DNA of 64,000 bases from Hamiltosporidium tvaerminnensis FI-OER-3-3. Taxonomy: Eukaryota; Fungi; Microsporidia. The translations under genes and the position numbers were made by a program. A model generated the notes under the pieces. It was not told where the DNA came from and made no database searches. It saw only the letters and a program-made list of their open reading frames with translations. The DNA is taken from assembly GCA_022605425.2 (NCBI GenBank), contig JAKIMF020000005.1, positions 434,001 through 498,000 on the forward strand, given 5' to 3'. Shown in pieces: positions 12,005 through 24,700 of this stretch; the first letter of the stretch is position 1; each line of letters begins with the position of its first letter.

Positions 12005-14575
12005 ATTACATAAAATGAAAAGAGGGTGTATAATTCGACAAGAAATTACATGTTAAACTAATTGAAATAAAAGAATAAAATTTGGCTGAATTTTTTGAAT
12101 TTTGATTACATCATTACTAGTTCTTCTATAAATAGAAACAAAGTAAAAAAAAGATTGGTATTTATGCCGAAAAATGCTAGAAACGATTTTCCATAATATC
12201 TTTGGATATTTAATTGATTCGCCTGCATTTTAAAAGTTTCAATACTCGTTTCAGCAAAACAGATTTAGAAAACTCTGTAATTTCTTAAGTTAAGTTAAAA
12301 GAAGATAATATCATAACTTTTTACATTGCTTAAGCTGCAGTAACTACTCTAGTCTTTACACATATATAAAAACCGAAGATAAAAGTGTGTCTATAATGTA
12401 CCTGGTTTCGTTTGAAACGAAACAAGGCACTTTATACATCACCGAACTAAATCTAAAATACTTTATATTTGATTTTTTTAAAAAAAATGTTTTACAGTGG
12501 TTCAATTTATACGAATAAAGAAATTGACGACATATAAAGTAAATTGGGTTTTTAAAAAATAAAAAATAAATTAAAATCGAATTTTATCGTTCCAATAAAT
12601 ATGCCCATAATATCAATATGACTACAAATTTTGTAAAAATTATTAAAAAATACCTATCATAATAAAAAGAGAAGGAATTAAATTACTTGACATACTTGTT
12701 TAAAAAAATATATTATAGCTTGCAATAATATATTTTTTCCATTATATTGTAAAAATCCTAATATTTTGAAAATATTTTTGAAATAATTAAAACAAATCTA
12801 ACTTTCTTAGGCTGCTCTTATCTACCAATAAGAAAATTTTTTTCCTTGAGTTTCGCGAAATAAATTTTTTTAGCTATTCTTTTTAAATATTTCAGAAAAT
12901 TCGTTACCTTTTATAATATAAATGGTCTCTTAATGACTAGATTTAAACTTGTTGCACATTTTTTTAATAATTTTAATTGTATTAATTATATCACACATTC
13001 TATTTAATCAAATGCTAGAGAAATGTAAAAATTAGAAAGTTTTTTATCTAATAAATAGCTAAATTTTTTTAGAAGTGAAAATGTTATATTATTCCATGAC
13101 AATGATGCAGCCATTGGTAGCTTAGATCCAGGTTCTCAAACATTCAGTCGGTGCATTTCGATAAACCTCTATCTCCATGCAATAACTCCCATATGTAGGT
13201 AAAATATTTTGAATGGGGGATCTGGTTTTTCTTGATTGTTAATGTCAGTTGCTCGAGAGTGATCGCAGGTCTAAATAAACATCGGCTACGCCATGATACG
13301 CAGTATTATCATTTTTTTAGATTTTTGAACCCAATAGAGTGACGGATAAGATTATTTGTAGCTCATTTATTAAGATAAAGTAGTATTACAATCTCACACA
13401 TGTTGTTAATGTGCATCGCGAAGATGAATAAATACTTCGTATTTAATTCAATTACTTTATGATGTAATCCCAATGGCTTTATTAGACATTGATACGATAT
13501 GAGAATCGATAACAAGTTGTTATATTTGTGATGTATAGATTTAAAAATACGTAAGTTTTATATTTGGATATCTTTTCATGAAGATTTTGTTTACTATAAT
13601 AAAAACTAGTCACAAAGAAAGAAATTCCACCATCCAACAGGTATAATCTATTATTTACGACCTGGTTTTTTAAATAATATATTTTTGTATCTCCGAAATT
13701 CCAAGCCTTCGTAACTGAATATAAAAAGCTAAGGCTTTACGCTTTCACATCGCAATAACTTAAAATTTATTATTTCCTGTCGTATTTTATTCTGTTTCCC
13801 CGGTAAAAAATATAAACAGCTTTAATAAAATATAGACTTGAAATTGCACTAATTTTTCGTATTTAAAATGAAAATTTAAAAATTCCCAAGGTTTCAATTA
13901 GATTTTCTATCTATATGCTCGGTTTTTTTAAGAATTTCTTACTAAAAATATACTAATTTTTTGTTCTAATTTGATTTTGTCTCCCCTCTATTTTATTCTA
14001 TCACTCTCACATTTTGAATGCATTTCCTTGTTAAATTGCATAATTAGAGTAAATATATGTCAATAAAAACCGTAAAAAAAATATTTTTTTAAAACCGTTT
14101 GATTTAAAGTATATTTTTGTAACTTAAGTCTTATGTTCTCAATTTTTTAAATCTTATATTTTAGATTTTGAATCAAATGCAAAAGTGTGTCATATAAAAG
14201 GGAAAAGTTAAAAAAACCAGGCAGAAGAGAAGAATATAAAAAGCGGAATAAAAAAGGATCATTTAAATTCAAATTTTTTTTTATTCTGTAATAATTTTTC
14301 TTAATTTTATTTGTTTGATTTCCTTTTTTTATAATAAATTTTATTTTTTTTTGATTTTTATAAATTCTTTTAATTTTTTTTTTATTTTAGAAGATCTTAG
14401 TTTACACAAATTTTTTAATTTATCACAAAATATATTTTTTCCCGGTAAAAAGCCATTTACCGATAAAAAAACTATAAATACGAATATTTTTTAATCCCCA
14501 TCCGATTTAGCAGTTTGTGATCTGCTGAATTTTACTTTTGGCCAGGGTAAGAACAATGGGGGGGGTCAATATAAA
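12005..14575 (+). repeat. Long 'arm' repeat, diverged copy with a ~0.87-kb internal insertion; no partner visible
   Basis: Homologous to RC of 19010-20872; ends ..ccagggtaagaacaatggggggggtcaatataaa. From ~12500 it is nearly identical to ~32050-34097. Confidence 0.8.
13610..13765 (-). mobile_element. Fragment of the ~730-nt element inside the arm insertion (also ~33140-33295 and ~51950-52105)
   Basis: ccaacaggtataa..cctggttttttaaat..tgtatctcc..gctttcacatcgcaataac is the RC of the element's middle. Confidence 0.6.
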
Positions 14576-16039
14576 GTACAACATTAAATGATTAAAATAG
14601 CAACTGTAGTAGTTAAAAAATGTTTTTTATGTGCAAGCTTTTTCATGAAATATATTGGTTGATGTACCAACTCATGCTCTTTTATGCATTTTGATATATG
14701 ATTAATTCGTCTCATCATGATCTAGTTTTGTAATCCAAACCAGAGTAAAAGAAGGTCAAGAGGCCGGCTTTTCTCTAAATATAAAAGATTTTTTTATGTC
14801 TAAACATTGACCTAGATATAAATAAGTCCTTGATGGTTCTCAAAATGATGCTTGATATAAATTAGAGTTATTTACTAGATAATCACACTAAAATTTTATG
14901 TATGTTTTTCAGCAATCTATTGATAATGATTGAGGCATTTTAATTATTATGTAAGCGTTCGAAGATACAACTTATTCAATCAATGCTAAAATTGTAAAGA
15001 ACAGCATTCGGTCAAATCTATACGGTAATTATCTGATATAAAGTAATTTCAGCCCAGAGAGCGTGTACACAATAATTCTGATATTGTTTATTTTTCAATC
15101 TAAATAAAATTATATTTCATATTATGTGAAAACAACTAATACGTGGGATTATAGAGGATTTATGATCTAGACAAATATAAAAGCAAAAAAATTTAGATAT
15201 CATCTTCGATTTTAAAAAATACCTTGATTTTTAATGAGTAGCCAATAGCAATTTAAAAAAACGTTAGATCGACGATTATGATACATAATAAAATACCTTC
15301 TAATTAATTAAAAATATGTTTTTTGGTAATAATCTTTGCAAGAGATCTTTGGCTAAGTTAGATACTCTATATCTCTTTTATGTGAAAAATATGCATCGAA
15401 TCATAAATATCTCTGAGAATCAAAAGTAGGCTTTTACCAATCATAATAAATATGAAGCTGTTGATAATCAGGTTTCTATATACTATATATATAATCACCT
15501 AAATTAAAATATATGTAATTTTTTCAGAAATCGGAAAATATATACTTAGTTAAATTGAGAATTTATACCTCTGTTTATTTGGCTATCCATTTTCGTTATA
15601 AGATCAAAAATTTACCATTTAATAAAGCAATGTTTATTAGTCTTTAACGAAAAAATACTAGATTATATTTAATTATTTTTAAGGGACCAGGATTTTATGA
15701 ATGACTTGGTTTTTTTATAATTCGAAGCGTCAATATTGTTTTATGGTTCTTTACACCAATATATGATTATGTTTGAGCAATTTGGTCAACAATAACACCT
15801 TTAAAAATAATTAAAGGCTCAAAACCATGATCCGATTCTTTAAAAAACCCAGATAAAACTACAATAGGAAAATATTTTGCTGTTAATTTATATTTTGAGA
15901 TTTAAGAAACGAAAATTATTATAGAATTGCCAAATTAAAAAATTGTGAATAAAAATATTTTTTTTACTTCATTATGGTATTTTATCATGTGATTATATTT
16001 TAAAAGAAAAAATTCTTGTTTATGGATATTTATATCAGA

Positions 16040-17378
16040 TCATTCCAAATTCATAAGTGAAAGTATTAAATTTTTGCATTTTTCTTCAATTTCATGAAAA
16101 GCTATAGATATGTTTTTGATATTTGCATAGAGCTTTAATTCTTCTCGATAAGTAGAAATAATTTCACCATATTCGTCAATACAAAAATTATATGCAAAAG
16201 AATCTACTCTATCTATGTGAGCAGATAATTCCATAGATTGAATAAAACATTTATTTTTTAAAGTGAAATCGTCTTTTTTTATTTTCTTTTCGAAAAAATA
16301 TCCTTTGTTAATATATTCTATAGAAAATATATTGTTTACAACCATAACTATATCTTTTCTAATTGGATTCACAAAATCCACATCTACTCTACGCGTAGGC
16401 ATTGATTTAAGGCTTAGGATAGACTGATTTTGCATATCATGAAAATTCTCTTCTATCTTTTCCGTAAATTTAATCGCAGAATACTTCAAAAAAAGTTCTT
16501 CTGATACAAAAAAAGCTTTTAATTCCTTAAGATTTTGAAAGTATATTATATATTCAGAAGAAACAATTTTTTCATAATAGAATTTTACAGTGAAAAAGTT
16601 TTAGAAGTATCCTCAGAACTTAAGAAAAAGCCATCATTTTTCAAATTATTCGAACTACTATCAAAAAAAATACAGGGGTCATGAATGACGTATTTCTAAC
16701 TTTTAGATATTTAAAAATAATTTTCTTGAATAAAAAGATATCTAAATTTGGTATTTTTCCTCGACAAATAAAGATAAATGTTTTTTGACTAAGAAAATTT
16801 GTCGCATTCATTTGGAAATCCAGACTTTTAGAGAAAATCTTTTTGATAGATTCTATATTTAAATTTTCATTCTTAAAATTGTTTATATAGTAATGAAAAT
16901 ATCTGAAGACTTTAGAAATGTCCTCGTAAATAAAATTTGTTCCGTTATTTATTACAATTTTTTCTTTCGGTTTACACATTTTTCCTTCTAAATGATTATT
17001 CAGTGCACATAAAATTTTTTTAATAATGTTCTCAGTGTTTAAATTTGAATCTTCAGACCAATCAAATTGAACATAAAAAAAATGTGTTTTTATCGTCTTA
17101 GAATGTGTGATTTTATTTATGAATCCCTCAAAATCTGCATTTGTTGTAAGATTATTTGTTTCTATGAAATATACATCATTAAATGCATTTTTAGAATAAC
17201 CAGAAAATAACTGCTCTATCAGATTAAATGCATGCTTCTCAAAATATGTAGTTTCTTCTTTATAAGGAAACATACCCTTATCTGGTATCGTTTTATTTGA
17301 CTTTGAAAGATAAATTTGTCCTACAATAAATACTATTATAATAAACATTTCTTGTTTAATTAATATTAAGATATTCAT
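16040..17378 (-). pseudogene. Frameshifted copy 1 of the arrayed secreted-protein gene
   Basis: Near-identical to 35573-36913 but has A8 instead of A9 at 16663-16670 and lacks a C at ~16592; splits into the 247-aa and 149-aa ORFs. Confidence 0.85.
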
Positions 17379-18084
17379 AAACACATTTGTTTCTTTACTT
17401 ATATAATTTGTGATAATAAATTAAAAATAACAAATTGTAATTTGATTAATTAAATTTTTTAATCAATCAAATCTTAAATTCAGAACTTATGAAAATTTAA
17501 TTTAAAATCATTATTCGAGTTAGAACCAACATAAATTTGATTTTAATATAAATAATTCTAGTTTTTAGAAAAGTTCAAGTTCAATTCATATGATGAATAA
17601 TTTATATTTTTTTTAGTTTATATTAATATTCTGGTTCATAAATTTATAGTAAGGTTAATATAATACTTAAAAATACAACATTATATGCCTTTTTTTGGTT
17701 GTAGATACTTAGTTATAAGTTCTTACGGATCTTGATGTCTCCCATTTTTCCTTTTTACCTGACTCTTTTGACCAAAATCGTTCTATTTAGAAAGAAATTT
17801 TCAATATAAATTCATTTTTTTAGGAAGCCAGCTAGGTTTGAAGCATTTCGGCTCCAATAAGATCACCTTCCTGACATTAATTTCTGATATTAAAATTAAA
17901 ATGTTGTCTTAGAGAAGCTATCGCGCCGTTTATATTTATTTTTAAGATCTGTATTTAGAGTAAACTTTTGATTTGCCTTTATGTAATATCCATTCTGCTA
18001 GTCTTTCTGGTATTACCCATTACGGTTTTAAAGATTGTATAATTAGAAATTTCCGTAAGATTAATATAATCTCCAGGCTTTAGG

Positions 18085-18795
18085 CGAGTGTAAAAAGCTT
18101 CATTAAAAACTATCTCCTGCAAAAAAAATATCTAAACTGCTGGTTAAAATATTGCTTTTGTTTTAGGTGGGACGAAAACTACACCAAATTTTCGATTTTT
18201 CACGGGAATGCGTATAACACGAGGAAGGTCTAAATAAAGAGTAAAAATTTTTTAGGGTCTTTGTTTGTAGTATAAATAACTAGATTGGAGACCACAGCCG
18301 AAATTGTATCTAGTTGTATGTGAAAGCATGAAAAATTATCTTGACTCACTCGTCTTAGACAGTTTAGCGCTTCGATGATACAAAAAAGTTACTTTTAAAT
18401 AACCAAGGCACCGAGAAGCAGGTTATCCCCCCTTAAGACATTTAAATGCCTAATTTGAAGCAAATAAGTTTAAGATATGTCTTAATATGAAATATGTTCG
18501 GCTCACAAATGTAAAGTAAGTAAGATATTACTGGTTTTAGGGAAATTACAAGGTTTATTTCGACCTAAAATTACGCTCGTAGCAACAAAAATGTGCGAAA
18601 AACGATCTCGATACGATCATTAAATAGTCCTACATATATTTTTAGAGGAAAATTTTTGAAATATTGGTATATCAAAGAAGACTGATGGAATGCTGGGGAG
18701 GCTGTGATTTTTTTTAAATCTAGAACTGCGTTAATGTCTTTAAAACAATATAAAATACCCAAAAAAATTGTATATTTATTAGATGATAACTTTTC
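18085..18795 (+). mobile_element. Old copy of the ~730-nt element (array unit 1)
   Basis: Collinear motifs ggtggga..aactagattggagacc..ctcactcg..gcaggttat..ctagaactgcgttaatgtc. Confidence 0.7.
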
Positions 18796-19009
18796 TACTT
18801 TATACATATTTCAAGATCTGAAAAAGTTTAATGTACCGAATAATCAATACAATGATGATAAATCTTTAACGAATAAATTCTAATATAAAGCTTATTTTAT
18901 AAAACCATAATACTACTGGTGTAACAAATTTTAATTTATACATTAGGAACCATTGATAATATAAAGGTTAAAATTTGTACGTAATATTAAAAAGTAATAA
19001 TTGTAGTAT

Positions 19010-20872
19010 TTTATATTGACTCCCCCTGCTGAATTTTACCCTGGCAAAAAGAAAAATCCAGAAGATCATCACACCTGCTAAATCGGATGAGATGGCAAAA
19101 TTATTCGTATTATAGTTTTTTTGGCGGGAAACGCTTAAAGGTGGGAAAATAATTATTTTGGGATAAATAAAAGAATTTTAATAAACGAGACCTCTCTAAA
19201 GCGAAAAAAAATTTAAAGAAATTAAAAAAAAGTCAAAAAAATTAGAAAAATACTAAAACTAATTTAAAAAAATAAAAATGAAATTATAAAAAATTAAAAA
19301 AATAAAATACAGAAAAATTATCACAGAATAAAAAAAATGAGAAAAATTTGATTTTTAAAGTGGTTTTATTTTGAGTGTTTTTTATATGCTTATTTTCTCA
19401 CAGGTTTCTTTTACTTTTCCTTTATATATGACACACTTTTGTAGTTTAATCTAAAAATATAAAGATTTAAAAATTTGAAAATACAAAGGAAATAAGACTT
19501 AAGTTACATATGACCCTTTAAATTAAAGGGTTTATAAAATATATTTTTTTAGGGTTTTTTTAAATTTTTAAATCTTATTTATCCTATTATATAAGGAAAA
19601 GCATTTAAGAACAAGAGGGAGACAAAATAATATAACAAAAAAAATATGTGGATATTAGTAATAAATTCTTCCAAAACCGAACATATAGAATATTAAAATC
19701 AAGTGAAATAGTGGAAATTTTTAAATTTATATTTTAAATACGAAAACATTGGGGTAAGTCCTTGAAGATGGCATTTTAGTATAGCTTTTTTATTTTTGAC
19801 AGGGAGATAGAATAAAATACGATAATAATTAAAGAATTTGTTTTTGAATTTGCACAATAAAATATTTTTGGATTAGTAAATTAAACCAGAAGAAAGAAAT
19901 TATGATAAGTTTAAAGTTTTGTAAAAATTATTGTCAAAATATTTGTATTTTTTACAATTTAATGAGACTAAAATACTATTGCAGCAGTATTATTTTTTTA
20001 CAGCAAGTTTGCGAAATAACTCAACTCTGCTTCCTTTTTATTGTAAATGTGTAGTTTATAATATATTTCTACAAATTTTTCTGATTGGATCGATATTATT
20101 GGCCTATTTATTTTAACAATAAAATTCGATTTTAATTTATTTTTTATTTTTTAAAACCCAATTTACCCTATATATCTGCAATTTCCTTATTCGCATAAAT
20201 TAAACCACTGTAAAACATTTTTTTTAAAAAAAATCAAATATAAAGTATTTTAGATTTAGTTCGGTGATGTATAAAGTGCCTTGTTTCGTTATAAATGAAA
20301 CCAGGTACATTATAGGCACCCTTTTATCTTCGGTTTTTATATCAGTGTAAAGACTAGAGTAGATAAGGCATTTATAATTAATAATAGGAGTTATAAACTT
20401 TGGTGTTTTACTTAAAAAAAGTACATGGTGCAATCTAAATAATTCTAGCACAGAACTAATCCGTGAAAATTCAAAAATACAAACGAATCGAATTTAATTT
20501 TCTAAGATGTGTTTAAAAAATAGTTTCGAGCTGTTTCCGGCAATGACTTTCGCAAGTTTTCTATTATTGTTGCTATTTATAAAAGATACTAGTGTTTAAA
20601 TAATTACAATCAAAAATATATTTTTAGCATTATTAAAACCATCTATAAAACACAATCTAATATTATTTTACTAGAAAATATTGATTTTTGGCATATCAGT
20701 AATTTCAGATTTATTTCTTATTCGGATTTACATTTCCTATTTTCATTTCATTGAATATATTTTTAAATAATTTTTATTCTATATTTTGGTTGTAAATTAT
20801 ATTTTGAGCCTTTAACCATCGATTTTGCACAATAATTTGGGTATTTATTTTTTTATAACTTCTATTTATTGG
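19010..20872 (-). repeat. Long inverted arm (~1.85 kb), left arm of cassette 1
   Basis: Starts tttatattgactccccctgctgaattttaccctgg; inner ~0.75 kb is close to a perfect RC of 31368-32130. Confidence 0.9.
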
Positions 20873-20875
20873 TTT

Positions 20876-20970
20876 AATTTATTTAATAAAATTCTGGGTT
20901 AAAACATTTTTACCATTTTTTACAAGTTTTTTTCTACCTCTTTAACCACTTCTGTCTCTTCTTCAAATCC
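20876..20970 (-). mobile_element. 5'-truncated (~95 bp) 3' end of the RT-REL element, antisense (also 40416-40510)
   Basis: RC of ~25445-25537 (gatttgaagaagagacagaagtggttaaagaggtaga..acccagaattttattaaataa). Confidence 0.85.
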
Positions 20971-21014
20971 TTTTTTTGGTTTATATATATATATTTATAT
21001 TATAATATAAAAAA

Positions 21015-21742
21015 GTGGAGGGAGGATAACCACATAAAAAACTTTCTGCTTGGCAATGAGTGTGTGAAACTGGTGTGAGATCATTGTTTGGATTTTTGGT
21101 GGGAATAAAACCACACTACATCTTTGGTTGTTCCTTGGGAGTTGTTATGAGGAGGGGAGGTCTAAGAGATGGAGAAACTTTTCTACAAATTTATTTGTAG
21201 TATTTTATGTAACCAGATTGCAGACCGCAGCTTAACATGTAGGTAATTGCCATGTAAAAGCATGGGAACCTAGCCTTGCTCACTCGGGTTAGAAGACTTA
21301 GCGCCTGGGAGATATAAAACAAAAAACCATTTAAAGCCAGGAAATCTAAGTAGCAGGTTATACCTGTTGGTATGACATTGCACTGTTTAGGTGGACCCCA
21401 TGTAATTCTCTGAAATATATCTTAGCTAGAAGTTTATTGGGTTCAGAAAGTGTAGAGTAAGTGGGAATGCTGCATAGTCTTGGGGGAGCCCAGGGGGGCT
21501 TCGGCCTTCGATCACACTCCATGCAACGGACATTAACGAACTCCGGGCAACTGCCTCGCCTAGTAATTAGGTTCTACACACCTGGTAGATGAAAGGCTTT
21601 GGGACGTAGGTATCGCAGGGGTTACCGATGGAGTGTTGGGGTAGCAGTTATTTATGTTAAACCTAGAACTGCGTTAATGTCATGAAAACAAATATAACAC
21701 TTGCCACTGTTTTAAAAAAGATGTGATACTTTTAAATAAAGT
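21015..21742 (+). mobile_element. ~730-nt element, recent insertion with TSD ATATAAAAAA (21005-21014 / 21743-21752)
   Basis: Absent at the equivalent site in unit 2 (40544-40553 has a single ATATAAAAAA). Confidence 0.92.
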
Positions 21743-21752
21743 ATATAAAAAA

Positions 21753-24700
21753 TTGGTAGAAAGAAAAATTTAGCAGCGAAACATTTAAAAAAATAAAATA
21801 AAGGCCGCAAACGACGCCGATAAGGTGAATAAAAGTAATATTGGCATACAAAAATTTGAGCTACACCCACCGGCTATTTCCCTACTTTCCTCCTTCTACA
21901 CAAAAAACACACATCCATCACCAAGCCAAACATGCAGTAAAATGCAAAATAGTAAGCTCTGCTCCTTATTTTTGCCTAATAATCCACTTCCCTTTTCGGT
22001 TGAAGTCTCTTCTTGCGAGCCATGGTACGACATGACAAACCCCATTACTCTAGCTATTCCAGAAGGTAACAGGCTAATGGCATTGCGGACGATATTCGAT
22101 TCCGCAACAGCCGACCCGAAGAGATGGCCTCGAATTGTTTTTTTGTAGTACAGACAAGGTTTGAAAGAATGACAGGAAATGGCTAGACAGAGCTTCACAT
22201 GTACTATGATAAGAAATTCGGCTAAACTGAAACTTTTGAAGTGTTTAAAAAATTGGCACAAAGTGAGATGGGAAAGGAATTAAAAACAGAAGAGAAGGGA
22301 GAGCGACGTAGAATCGCCACTTGTCTCACTAAGCCATGCACCTTGACTGACACCACGGAGTACATAAACCTGAGAGATAAATTCTTGAGTAAAATCAAAG
22401 AAATCTCGGAGAACGAAATTGAAAAGTGGTGGTCCGAACTAGAAAACATCCGAATGAATTGGTTGACAGTAAAGTTTTAGACCTTATTAATCGAATTATC
22501 GGTGAGTATGCTGATTCTTGTGTGCCGATGACGATAACTGCAGTGGCACGAATAATCCAGGCAGCCCAGGTATGCTATGACGAGGCAACAAGCAAAGAAA
22601 AGCCTAGATCCGCTTGGAAGGAAAACATAGAAAGTAAAATTTCTAAGTTAGTACTCTTCAAAGATCTTCTCGAGAAGGCCCGTAAGCAGGAAAAGCTCTC
22701 CACTTCGGAAACGAAGAGCCTTAAGAAAATCATGCGAGTGTTTAATTTAAACTTTAGCAGCGTAACTGATCTTTCTGAGGCTTTAGTTAAAAAGAATGAG
22801 TCTTTGAAGTTTACGAGAAAAAATTACGATGCATGAAAGTGGGAAGCAATTCCGAAAAGAGAATCGTATGTTTGAGCTTTTCCGAGGTCGATTTTATCGT
22901 GGGTTACTTGAGCGTTACGAATCCGAGCATGTGGTCAGTCGTGATGAAATTGTGAGTTTTTGGTCTACAGTGCGAAACAAAAATGATGACACAGTCACGT
23001 ATAATGATTATTTGATCTAATTTGTATCAGATAATCATCCAACCACGTTTCCTTCATTTGATGAATTTGTAAGTATCATTAATTGGCTTCCCAATTTGAA
23101 AGCTGCTGGAATTGATGGTATTTACAATTTTTTCATAAAGAAACTTACAACTCTTCACAAATATATTTATGATATTGTGAAAGTTATATGTTTAGAAGGA
23201 ACACCTCAAGCTGATTGGTTTTACTGCGGGCTTACGTATTTGATACCGAAAGGAATTCCACGAAGAGGCTCTGACTACAGGCCAATCACTTGTATGTCCA
23301 ACCTCTATAAGTTAACGACAAAGTGTGTAACGAAAGTCGTTCAACTTGAAGTGGAAAGGCGAGGGTTGCTTGCAGAGAACCAATTAGGGGCGGTAAGAGG
23401 TGTGCAGGGAGCGAAAGAGCAGGCTCTACTGAATATTGCTTTCAATAAAGAGTAGGGAAAAAATCTTAAGGCGACATGATTGATGTTAAAAAAGTTTATG
23501 ATTCAATACATCATGCTTATTTAACTCAATGCATTGAAAAATTAAATTACCTGATTGGATCTTGAAATTTATTAAGGTAATTATATCAAAATAGAAAATT
23601 TCTATATCAGCAGGGCCTGAAAAAATCATGAGCAAGAATATTGATAAAAGGATTCTGCAAGGAGATAGTTTGTTACCTTTGTTATTTGTTTTGTGTATGG
23701 ATCCATTAAGCCGAAAGCTCAATGAAAAATACACAAAAGTGACGGTACAAACAGATGCAAAATCCCATTCTACTAATCATCTCTTGTTTATTCATGATCT
23801 AAAGCTTTTGCATAAGACAGTTCTACATTGAATGCTTTGACAGACAGAGCAAAGGAATTTTTAGAGGTGATTTGCCTAGAGATTAACAAAGAGAAGTCAG
23901 CCACAAATAATAAGTGTTGTGAAGATAGTGCTACTCTTCTAGAAGGTTTTAGTGTTTACAAATATTTAGGAATAATAGAAGATAGCGCAGGAATTCCAAC
24001 ACGCAGCTCTTTTGAAGAAGTACGATGCGAACTTATATCAAGAGTTAGAAGACATTGTCACATTAGATTAAATTCAATAATTTTTTCTGCAATCAATCAA
24101 CATGCGATATCTTGAATCAACTATCACATAAGAGTACTTCGACTTGAACCGGCGGACTTCTTTAAGTTAGATGATGCAGTGCGTGTTTTGTTGGTGAAGA
24201 ATAAGATACATCTTCGCTCAGGATGCAAAGCGCGTTTGTATCTTCCTATAACAGAACTTGTAAGTGGCCTACATAGTGTTGAGTTGCGAAGCGAACATAT
24301 GCTTCTGCAACTCTTGGATTGTCTGAAAAAAAGTAAAGAAATATCAACTAGACGAGCAGCAATCTTCAAAGTTGAGAATAAAAATAAAACCCATCTTGCA
24401 CTAATAAAAGGCTTCTTAAAAGTAAAGTACAGGTTGGTAGAAAAAGTCACTAGGAAAAAATTAGAAGATGATCAACTTGCGAAACTATATAACGAAATAG
24501 AAAAACGAAAACTTCATTCAAAGTTATATAATGCAAGAAAAAATGAGCTTGTTAGTGTTAGTGATTCTTCTAGATGGCTAAAGAGAGGGAATATTAGGCC
24601 ACAAAATGAAGCTGTGTTCTGCTATATCCAGGATAAAAATGTATTATGGGGAGCAGATGGTATGTGTCAATATTGCGGGAAGTCTGGTAAGACTGTAGAT

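Noticed and set aside
20224-20451. 75-aa ORF in the arm (also 39763-39990)
   Set aside because: Non-ATG start and not kept open in the other arm copies.
12005-20872. Reading the arms as TIRs that enclose the secreted-protein gene (Pack-type element)
   Set aside because: Disfavoured, not excluded: the gene-proximal parts of these arms are strongly diverged from each other, whereas arms flanking each RT share near-identical tracts.
21420-21485. Group I intron-like words (ggttcaga..; atagtc) in the 730-nt element
   Set aside because: No GACUA partner to form P7, atagtc is not conserved in copy 11276, and no host gene is interrupted.
21015-21742. Hammerhead retrozyme, solo LTR, or 5' UTR of the adjacent RT
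   Set aside because: No CUGAnGA core seen; no TG..CA termini and the TSD is longer than 4-6 bp; absent upstream of RT copies 2 and 3.
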